From Paraspadella gotoi (lineage: Eukaryota; Animalia; Chaetognatha), in the NCBI GenBank assembly GCA_051294375.1, contig CM119266.1, positions 8,647,093-8,711,092 of the forward strand: a DNA stretch of 64,000 nt. The letters run 5' to 3'. Of this stretch, positions 10,780 to 21,957 are shown piece after piece (the first letter of the stretch is position 1; every line of letters begins with the position of its first letter). Under the pieces are notes generated by a model. The model was not told the origin of the DNA and did no database searches. It saw only the letters and a list, made by a program, of their open reading frames with translations. The translations under genes were made by a program, and so were the position numbers.

Positions 10780-13700
10780 TCAAGACCGGTTGCTGTGACT
10801 GTTGCTCCGTTTCAATTGAGCGGGAATCTTCCTCATCTTCTTCTTCCTTTCCTTTTTCCTCTCTTCCTCTTTCCTTCTTCGTCTTTCCTTTTCTCTGGTC
10901 GTCTGGCAAAGAAAGGAGGAGGGATAGTTATTAGGAACAGTTGAGGAGAATATTTTTTTTTCTTTCGGTAAAAATAAAAAGGAAATGATAAAATAAAATA
11001 ACGCAAAAAAAAAAAAGAAAAACCATATCCTACTGCTATTCACCCTTAATCTGCTGTTCTTATCCGCCAAGCGCTTGGCTTCTCGTTTATCCATGACGTC
11101 GTCGAAGTCGTCATCATCGTCGTCGGCAAGCTCGAACTCGCTCTTCCCTTTGCTGACTGTGACGTCCTCGTCGAACATGTCGCCCAACTCCTGTCTTCGC
11201 TCCAGCACGTCCAGGTCGCCCCCGCTGGTGGAGCAATCATCAAATTACCACAAGGAACAAAAACAACAAACTGTAACGACGTAACAAACTGAAGACAACA
11301 AAGAACGAAGGAAAATCAAAACTACTAGCAACTACATCACCCCCTCGGTTGCCTCACCTCCCGAAGCTTTCGGCCCCTCCTTCATCTGACTCTTCGTCCT
11401 CTTCCTCCTCGGACTCCTCCTCTTCCGGCTCGAAGACGTCGTCCAGATACTCGTCCTCGTTCTCTTCTTCGTCCTCCTTTTCCTTCTCCTCTTCTTCTTC
11501 TTCCTCCTTCTCCTCTTCCTCTTCAAGTTGTTCGTAGTAGTCCATCATTTTGTCGGAGGTGAGGAAGGCGCCAGCCTGTGAGCGTAATGGATCCAATTAT
11601 CAATCGATCAATCAATTTAGCAATTAAGGAAAAAATCATCTAACTTTCTCGACGACTCAATATCGAAATGCGAACCTCCACGTCGTTATTGTTGTTGTTG
11701 TATTCCCTTCCGACGGTCGCCTTTTCCATCTCCATTCTATCCCCGGTTTTTTTGGACATAAATTTGAACCAGAGTCGCATCAAGACTCTGTCTGTCACTT
11801 CGCGTCCTGACAACAAGTTGGAATAAGATATTCACAGAAAGTGACGAGTTACGGTCAGACAAATAAAACAAATGACTATGTAGTTCTGCAAAAATTAGAC
11901 TTATTAGTTACTACAATGCAGCAAAAAACAACCTAGGATTACCGTGATTGTTATCGACGAGCTTCATGAGAAAGAGACCATCTTTTCGTAAATAAACATC
12001 GAGAAAAGTCTGAATAAGTTTTGGGTCAAACTTTGCTCCGTTGACCGTTAGCAGGTGGGTGATCATCTTCACTTGTTTCGGCCGCCAGTACATCCTGACC
12101 ACAAAAAAATATCAAATTGTTTTTTCTGTATCTGCTTTCACTTTTTTCAGCCTTATTAATTAAAATTGATCAAATATTGTTATTAATTAATTATAAAATT
12201 AATTCATTGTTAGAAGACCTGTAAATCCAACGAATCAGGGATGCCGTATTGGCAAATGCCAAGTATCCCATGAACAGCGTGAGAATGGCGAAGATTTTGT
12301 CGTTGTACAAATTTATTGGCAGAAGGCAGTGGATGGTGTAACGGACAAGGTAACCGTGGATCTGGGGTTGACCCATGATCTCGCACAGTGTGTTGATGGG
12401 GAAAGTTTTGGAATTGGTCCAAATGGCTGTGGGTGGATGATGTGGTAAGGGGTTATTTTTAATTTAGCCTTGAACGACATTTCTTAACCTTAACTAAGTA
12501 ATTACCTCTAAACACAAAGTGCGTGACCACATTCCACGCATGGTCAAAGAGATTCGCTCCGTAAAATCGCGTCATGAAATGTAGTTGGACAAAAACGTTT
12601 ATGACGTAAATGATTTTTACCGTTATGTACAATAACGTCAAGAAGTTTCCCTGTTATGAAATTAAGTAGAATTAGTCTAGGGTTATTATTTGGAGTAAAA
12701 ATTACTTTGAGCTTGAATTAAAAAATAAGCGACAAAGTATTCTAAAGTAAATTGTCTAAATTAGATTTAACTCTTATATTATTTATTTATTGATGTTTAA
12801 GTAACTATATATTTTTTTATTAAAAATTAGCAACCAATTCACCTTAGTTTTTCCGATGACTCTAAATTTGGAGGCGTCGTGTCTCTTCGCGGTTTTGAGA
12901 TATGAATCGAATTGGACGGCGAAGTCTCTAGCGATTCGCCATCGCGCCCGGAATTTGTGTCGTTTTCTGATCAACCGGGCGCCGTTCATGAAAACTGGAT
13001 GGGAGGTTGGAAGGATGCAAATAATTGAAAATATGAATTATAAAAAGCTCATGTCGGTGAAATTTGATAAACTTTGCAATCAGGATCGGAGCAGATTTTA
13101 TTTCATCGTCACTTTCACGTTGACTTATTTGTGGGATGAAATTCAACATTTTTAAAAATTTTATTTATTTTTCAAATTTAACGTTGTCGCTTAACCGTCA
13201 TGTCACCGAAGACTCTCTCTAATTTTTCGGTCATAAGCCTATAAAATTACTTCCTGAGAACACTCATCAAGATTGAAGAACAACAACCACATCAAATTCT
13301 TTCATACCATGCACCCCGAACCACACCTTCAACGTCGATTCCACTTTTCTTGTTCATCGACGTCCAGAAAAGATAAGGGAAGTAAAAGAAGGCAGCTTGA
13401 ATAGGAAGGATGAGCGAAAGCCACTGGTAGTAGTTGATCTCTTCTTTGTGTCCTTTGGGGTTGACTATATTTGGATCCATGTGGAAACTATCGTGGTCCA
13501 TTTCCTGGTGAGATTTTCGGATAGGCATCAGTTGTTATTCAAATATTATTATTGTACTTAACTGTCTCTGTGCGAGGTGACAATCACGGAGAAAAAAAAC
13601 GAGAATGTGTCATTTAGTTTCATCGTAAATTAAGTTAACTTAATCACAATTTTTATCTTGGAATTAGATTATTAACTTAATTTCACGAAACATTTTTTTG

Positions 13701-16374
13701 TTGGACTATGTATTAAGTAAATTATCCCTTTTGCACTACATTTGTCATGTGTTTGTACAAATAATTTTTGAATACTTTCAACCAAATCTGAGAAAATATT
13801 ATATTATAACATTGTAAATTTTGAAATGTATTTTTCAACAGATATATATATATTAGTTAATAATTATTAGAGAATAATTTTACTGACATAGGAAATTTGC
13901 TTCGGGAGTCATTTTCTCGTAACATCACCAAAGAACTAAAAACTCAAATAATTTCTTTTATCATGCACGATTGTTTAAAAAAAAAACAGTCAAATCCCTA
14001 ATTTTTACGTCATATACATAACATACTGACCTGTTGGGTTCTCTGAATTAAAAAAAACAAATTAACGCAGGTAAAACAAAAAAATTAAATCCATTATTTC
14101 TCATCTTTTTATTTTGACTTCATCTGGATTCTCTTCTTCCCATTCCCCTATCCTCTTTCCTTTCTCACCCCAAATCCGAATCTGTGAGGGTCGATGAACC
14201 CCGTCCTCGAGATTTCCTCCATGGGCGACCTCATCATCGGAGTCTCGATGGCGTCGATGCCTCTGATCGGATCGTAGTTGGACGCGTTGACCATTTGATA
14301 GGTAGAGGCCGTCCAACAGTATATGTGAGTGTATCTGTTTTTAAAGAAAGATCCCATTGAGCTCGTGATTTTCTCTTAATTAGTTGATTTCGGTGCCATG
14401 CCAAAGTGCCAAACGTAATCAGCTGGCTTCGAAAGAGATTTCAAAATGTTTCTTGCGAGTGAAACATCCAAACTTTAAACTAGGGTTACGATAACCGTTA
14501 ACAGTTAACGGTTATTAACGGTATAAAAATATTTTAACCTAACACGTTAATATATTTATTTTAACGGTTAAATTCGGTTAATTTTAAATATGATTTTTTT
14601 ATTTTTGGTATAAAATCTTTGATTTTTTAAAAGAAAAATATTTTTTTCTTGTCCTCTCTTATTCTCCTCTCCTTTTCTCACCATATTTTTTCACCTCTCT
14701 CTCTCTTTTCCATTTTTTCCTATTTTTTTCCTTTGTTATTTTCAACCCTTTTAATCTTTTTTCTATACTAATCTCCTTTTGTACCTTTCTTTTTCTTTCT
14801 TTCTTTTCCCCTCCCTCTTTTCCCCCTTTCTTTTCTCTCCTTTTTTTCTCTCTTTTTTTACCTTTTTCATTTTTTTCTTCCCTTCTAGTGTTTTTTTTCT
14901 TACTTATTTTCTCCCAATTTTTTTTTCGTTTTTCCTTTCAATTAATTTTATGCATTTATATCAAAGAATATAATGAAATATAATATATATGCACATGCAA
15001 ATAGTTGCATACATTTTCTTACAAATTAAATTCTTATTTAAAATAATATATAATTTTTTTAATTTCACTCTTTAAACAAACAAAGAAGCAAATGAAATAA
15101 AACCAAAATGAATGAAAAAATTATTAAAAAAACTAAATAAAAATAAAAGTAATATAAAAAAATTAATAATAGAAGGAACTAATCTTAAAATGGACATTAA
15201 GGCTAACTAAAACTATCCTTCAATCATGATATATTTTTTAATAAACTGAAAAAAATATTTAATAATCAATAAATTTTGGATCAATCGATCAATCAAACTT
15301 TCAATCAAAAAATTATTATTCATAATTTATATTTATGGTTATGGCTTATAAAAAAATAAAAACAGAAAACAAACGTTCAAGAAACTAACAACTAAAAAAA
15401 AATGAAGAGATATAATGAAATAAAAAGAGATAGAGAGAGAAAGAAAAAAACGAAACATAGAATTAGAATTACATTGTGGTTTTTCTTTCTTTGTTCTTTT
15501 TATATATTTTTTATTATGCTATGAGGCAAAAAAAGTTTTGTAAGTAAGATTTATCACGATGCATTATCTAATTAGCTAAATTATCATAGGGGATTCAAAA
15601 TAGTTTTCTCAAACCAATTTTTCATTTACTAACTAAAATGTGTACCTATCTATCTGAAATAGAAGATAAAAAAGATTCAGGAGCAAGGGTTAAAGATAAA
15701 ATATTATTAAATACTTTAGTTTGATTTAAATAATAATATTTTAAATTTAAGTTAAATTATATATTGTGTATAGACTTTCGATTTCATTGTGTTTCGAATT
15801 TAGAGAGGAAAACAATTTATTTGTTTTGTTTCAACGAATTTTTAGGACATTTTTTAGGACATGTTTCAACTCTACAATTAGAGTCTTCATCAGCATTGCA
15901 GCATCATTGCAGCATTGCTGATGAAGACTCTAATTGTAGACTCAAAACATGGCCGAAAAAATGTCCTAAAAATTCGTTGAAACAAAACAAATAAATTGTT
16001 TTCCTCTCTACAAGTTAAATTATAAAATTAACCGATTTTAACGGTTAACCGTTAAAAATATTAGTTTTAACGGTTAAAGCGAAATTTCTCAAAAATTAAC
16101 GGTTATCGGAACCCTACTTTAAACCCAAACCTAGCTCGTCAGATTGTGAATCGGATTGAAAAGGAGCGACTCATGAAATCGACCTGGACTGCGGTCTGGA
16201 GAAGGTCTGCGGCGTGAAGCACTGAATGGGTTCGCCGACGAACTGAGTCACGTCCAGGAGACAAGTGATGATGACCAAGAGCGACGTCGCGTAGAGATGA
16301 TTGAGGCGGTCGACGCCGTCGTCGATGCCCTCGTCGCGCATGTACCACTCGCGGAAGCGGAGGAGGAAAGCCAT
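10780..16374 (-). CDS. Innexin (gap junction / pannexin family) with long charged C-tail
   Basis: DDGVDRLNHLYATSLLVI...QFVGEPIQCFTP; YTHIYCW; signature YYQWLSLILPIQAAFFYFPYLFW; GNFLTLLYITVKIIYVINVFVQL; FPINTLC...CLLPINLYNDKIF; YLRKDGLFLMKLV. Main exons: 16374-16184, 14334-14169, 14042-14031, 13504-13308, ~12993-12843, 12650-12506, 12426-~12219, ~12094-11943, 11806-~11676, ~11575-11359, ~11223-11044, ~10902-10780. A small exon near 13238-13207 is needed to keep frame. Confidence 0.93.
14481..16116. mobile_element. Non-autonomous hAT-superfamily DNA transposon in innexin intron 1
   Basis: 21-bp TIRs TAGGGTTACGATAACCGTTAA / TTAACGGTTATCGGAACCCTA (1 mismatch), an exact 8-bp TSD CTTTAAAC (14473-14480, 16117-16124), subterminal TAACGG/CCGTTA repeats and no transposase ORF. 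Confidence 0.88.
15749..16024. mobile_element. Palindromic hammerhead-ribozyme mini-element, copy 2, nested in the hAT element
   Basis: Arms 15801-15895 / 15916-16010 (5 clustered mismatches), tail 15762-15800, and direct repeat AAGTTAAATTATA at 15749-15761 and 16012-16024. Intact core on the minus strand at 15893-15858: CUGAUGA-A-GACUCUA(auug)UAGAGUU-GAAACAUGUC. Confidence 0.82.
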
Positions 16375-17759
16375 GGCCGTGGGGAGGAGGGGGAAGGGGG
16401 AGTGGAAGAAGAGGGAGAGGGAGGAGGAGCGGGAAAGAGTGGAGCGAGTGAAGAGAGTGAAGGATCGAGGGAAGAAAGGAAATTTAAGAAAAGAAAGACG
16501 GAAGAAAAGCTACTTAGAAACAAAGCGAACTTTCTTTTGATTTAAATTTGAGTTATTTTTCAGTCGTGTTTTCAATTTTCCTAGTTTTTTTTTTCACATC
16601 TTCGTTTATTGCTTTCTATCTCCATATGCAGTGGACGATTAATAACTACATTAATAAAATACGGATTTGCGGATAAGTGGAAAAATGAAATTTTGAGGGA
16701 AAATATTTAATTTTTTCGACATTTTAAGACGTGATTCAAACATTTCACTTCTTCGTTAACATTAAAAACACAGTTCGAGATGCGCGACAATTCTATAGCG
16801 TGTAGAAATGCCGGAAAGTAATTTTAAATAATTTGTACGAGTCGAATTCTGACGAAATCCGCTGCTGGACAAAAGGCTCGGTTTTTCTCTGACGTCGCGA
16901 AACGCGCCGAGTTTTCGTCGAAAAAAAAATGAAAAGAAGCAAAATCTGAAGAAAAAAAAAATCCTGTTTAACCGCTTTTCTGTTTTGACGGTCTCTCTCT
17001 TCCGCCCAAACTTCTCTCGTCGTCGTCGTCGTCGTTGTCTTCGTCTTTCCATCGCCACAAACTATTTTCTTTTTCCATTCATGAAAGGTTTCTGCCGTGA
17101 CTATTTTTCGAGGGTCTTGAGAGATCGTCGTCGTCGTCGTCTTCTGTTTTGATGTTTTTTTTTCTTTCGTCAATTGTGAAGAACGACGACTATGACTATA
17201 AAAAGAGGACAATGACGATGAAAGCTGGCAACGATGATTCGATGATGACGAAAAATGATGACAGTGACGATATGATGAAGAATGATCACAAAGACACAAC
17301 GGCGATGAGGATGATTCCCTCCCTCGGAATTCGACGTAACTGATTTCAATCAGAAAATCTCGTCACGCGAGTTTTTTTCTTCTCATGTCAGATTTGTCGA
17401 TGCTTGGTATTTTCGTATGTAAATCCGGTTGGATTGATTGGTCGATACAATGCGATTGATTGGTTTTAATTGGTATGAACCCATCTTACCTAGTTTACCG
17501 TAAGAATAATTCGTTTAATTCAAGCTCAAAAATATATTTTTAAAGTTTTCGACGTTCAAGTGTTTTCACCGACTGTCGGAGGGATGCGCCCTCCTCTAAT
17601 GCATTTTAATTCACAAACAAAAGATTGTTGATTAAACACCTCATTATTTATTTCGAATAATTTTAAACTACCTTAAAAAAGCTCACTGGTTCCTTCCAGC
17701 TTCTGCCTACTAGGACTCCAAAAAATTAAATAAACTAAATGTTTGTTTTATTCGTTTAA

Positions 17760-20700
17760 TTAATCTTCGTATTCTTTCATCGTGTTGAGAATCCAGTCAT
17801 AGAAGAACCCCACATTCATATATACCCCATAGCGGTTTGGCAATGCGCAGCCTCGACCCCAACTTATGACGCCGAGCAGATGCCACCGACCCTCGATGTC
17901 AATCATGTAGGGGCCGCCAGAGTCACCCTGAAACAAAAGTACAACTTAAAAAAACAACTTAAAATTAAGTGAAAAATGTAATTTTATTTACATTGCAGTC
18001 ATAAATTGCAGTCCAATAGTTTCAAGTGACAATTGCTCACCTCACCTCACCTCACCTCACCTCATGCACAGTCTGGCTATCAGAAATACCTTACCTGACA
18101 AGTATCCCTGCCACCGGATCTGAATCCCGCGCAAAACATGTGACCGGCGACGGGGCGAGGAGAGAGAGCGCGACGACAGACTGAGCGAGGAACAAGAGGG
18201 AGATGGACTTCCTGCCAAAAGGGATAACAAAGACAAATAAACTATGTAATAACCAAACCAAAAAACAGAGATTAAAAAACAAGAATCCATAATCTACCCA
18301 CCTGCAACACGGCCGTAGACCCACCTCCGGCTCTCAACGACCCCCAGCCGGCGACCCAGCCTGAGAAGTGGCCAAGGTGGTCGAAAACTTTCCTTTGATA
18401 AAAGTCTTTAGTCCCGAGACAAATCGGGCGGATGTGCGAGGCAGAGGCAAAGTCCGCCCTGCGACTTAATTTCATGAGGGCGATGTCGTTACGGTGGTCA
18501 GCGCCTTCGTAGTCGGGGTGGGGGATCACTTCGTCCACTCTGATTGAGAGAGGGGGTATTTAAGGATAATTCAATATGCAAATAATATTAAAGAACTTGA
18601 GGAAGAACACTTTTTAATTAAGAAATATCTACATAATTATACATTTTACAACTGGGTAAACTTTGCTTTTTTTTTTGGTAGTTCTTGTTTAACTCCAATC
18701 TGTAATCGAATTATTACATCTTGCAAACCTTCCTTTATAAAACATTTTAATTCAATCATCGTTTCTTTGAGATCACTACTCCATCCAACTCCTTTCACTT
18801 TTCCAACCTGAAGAGCTCTTCAAACTCCTCGTCGATTTTGCTGTTGTGTTTTCCGACTTTGACGATCGTTTCCGACTTTAGGTAGACGAGAAGATCGTCG
18901 AAGCTGCGGATGTCCACGTGGTAGAGTTGGTTTTGGATGTAGACGCAGTGGGCGGCCGTCACGATCCAATCCGATGAAACTAGTCGATTAAACAATTAAG
19001 TATTATGCTGTCTTATACGACTTTTTACTTAAAGTTGTTTACCTAAAGCGGCTCCACAGTATCCTTTGATGTGCGCGTTCCACAGTTGCACTTGCCAAGG
19101 CCAAGATCCTCTTTGAGCTTTTGTGCCTCCAATTATTCGTGAGATGAAGCTGTCGGCTAACAAGTTAATGGAAAACAATAAAGAAATGAATTAATCATTT
19201 TATACAATATAAATAAAAATGAATAAATATTTTAGATGAGAGAATCTTTATTAATTCATAAGCCAATATACTTAATCACCGGCGAACGCCCGCTCTCCGC
19301 ATTCAGAGGGAAGCAGATCTCTTGGGTCGAGGGTCGAATTTTCGTTCGTCATTGCAGTCGGTCGACCGAGAAATTCACTGTGGAAAATTTAGATTAAATG
19401 GTTTCATTCATTTTATTTTGAATGGCTAATTCACATCATTAACGCTTGGATATTGAAATTATTCTATTTCAATGTGAATAACAAAGTCCTCGTTGCCAAG
19501 GCAACAACCTCTCGTCTCACACTGAACAATTCTCCTCGTCGCTGGCGTCGCCGCAGTCGTCCCTCCCGTTGCAGACGCCGCTGCCGGGCACGCACTTGGA
19601 ATTCTTGCAGGCGAACTGTTTGGGTCCGCACCAGTGGCCCGACGTCGTCGCGCAGCCGGTCTCGTCGGCGCCGGAATCGACGCAGTCAAGGGCGCCGTCG
19701 CAGACGAGGGACTGGTGATGTGGGGATTGAGAGAGAGAAGGGGGGGGGGAATCGGACGGATGGATTCGGAAGATGGGAGGTTAAATTTGGGAGATAAAAA
19801 TTGAAGATTTTGTTATTTTTAAAAAATAATTGGATTTTTTGTGAAGCACAATTTCGATCTCACAATTGTTTCAACAACAATTTATTAAAAATGTTTCACA
19901 AATGGAATCTTTTTACTCGGTTGTAATTGTGCCCTGAGGGAGATCATTGATTCAGTGATTGCATTTGATCTCATCAAAACTTAAAAATCGTTCTGTTGAC
20001 TCCGCGAACAGAAACACACTTTTCCCGCAGAGACTGCCATTGTTTGTACCTTACCTTCGGAATGCATGCCAACGTCTTCGAGCATTGAAACTCGTCTTCA
20101 CTGCAGTGAGCGCAGCCGACTTCGTCCGATCCGTCACTGCAGTCGTTGTCGCCGTCGCATCTCCACTGAGAGGGGACGCAGTTGCCTTCGGAACAGAAGA
20201 AGGCAGAGAAGGAGCGACAGCGCTTCGTACCTGAACATTTTCGAGATATTTTTTTTAATGAGGCCACATATGATCTCATGTATAATGTCAGAGATATTGT
20301 TAAAAATATGCTTAAGTACATGAGAAATCGTTACTTCAGGAAACACTGTATGTGACTTTAGGCTGAAGCAAATAGTGTCCGAACGCCGAAGTGAGTCACA
20401 ATAAAGTCTAACAATTGCCACACTCACCAACGCCTGTGCAAATGTGCGTCCTCTTGTTAAAGACGTTGCCTTGACAACAGCCCCAATGGGTCGTGTTTTG
20501 CTGTGCCGGGAGTGTCCAGCCCCTGGCGCCGCTGGGGCAGGTCATAGAGACGCAGGACTGCACGGCTTCGTCGCAGTGAGCGGCGCAGCCTTCCTCGTCC
20601 TCGCCTGAAGGGCCAAACGGGTTAGGGAATGGAGAAATAAGGACTATTTTAAGAATTGAAAAATAAAGCCGTTTTAACTTTTATCTAGGAATTTACCGAT

Positions 20701-21917
20701 AGTTATTTTATTCTGAACCTTACAATGAATATTGAATAATATTGAAATCAGAACAACAAAAACCTTCGTCGCAGTCTTTCCGTCCGTCGCAGACGCGATT
20801 CAAATTGACGCAGTCGTCGCTGGGGATAAAGATAACGATATTTAAAGCGAAACAAATACATATTCAGTTAAGATTTATATTTAAACATTCAAACTTATTT
20901 TATTTGCTTTATGAATGAACTGACCTGACTGAGCACCAGAACTGATCTGTGCGGCACCAATCGCCTCGAGAACGAACGCAGTTGGTCTCGTCAGTTCCGT
21001 CGCCGCAGTCCTGAGTTATTTAAAAACAAAAGGCTGCCTTTTTTTAGAAAAAACATTTTTATATATATTTTAAACAATAATAGTTGCTTACCTTATTCGA
21101 ATCGCAGACGAGAGAGAGCGCGACACATTGATTGGTGGTTCCGCACCGGAAATGATCTTTGTCGCATCTGTTGCAACCAGCCTCGTCCGATCCGTCACTG
21201 CAGTCGTTGGCTCCGTCGCACAACCTATCGATTATCGCATTAATGATTTTTTATATTGGTCGTAACAATTTCATTCAATCATTTATTTTTTAGCCAAAAG
21301 ACACGAATAAGACCATCTCGGCCAAAACCTTAACACGGGAAGGAAAAGCGTAATTCCCCACTCCCCACGTTTGCGTAACTTGACTCTTAGAATTGTGGAA
21401 CCGTGAACTCGAAATGCGACTGCAGCGACACAAGAGCCTCGCCGGCAAGTTTCGGCCAAGAACAGCCTTTGAAACTGCACTGCAGCCGCGCCATGGCTAC
21501 TCCGAAATCTTCGGTCATCGGAACTTATCTAGGATAGCCTATTATTACGCTTTCAAAATTGTCATTCAGAATGATGCTTATAAACACAGGGCTAAAAAAA
21601 CTGCATCACTTCTCGTTCGGCTCGTTTTCATGGTTTTAAAGGTTTTTTATCATCCGTTAAAAATCCTGGGGTTTTGAAAAAGAACTCAATGAGGTTCTGA
21701 TATTCATTTTTATAATTCAAAAACTTAGGGAGATTTAATATTAACTTATAAACATTTGTGTTGTTGAATATCGATATTAAAAACATATTCCCGAAGGGAT
21801 CCTTCAAATCCACAAAATATGCAACTGATCGGGAAGCATAAACTCGTTTTAAAAACGAACAAAAGACACAAAATTAGTTGAGCATTGTTGCTTTAAAAGA
21901 AAGCCGAGAGAAACTAA

Positions 21918-21957
<40 letters not shown>

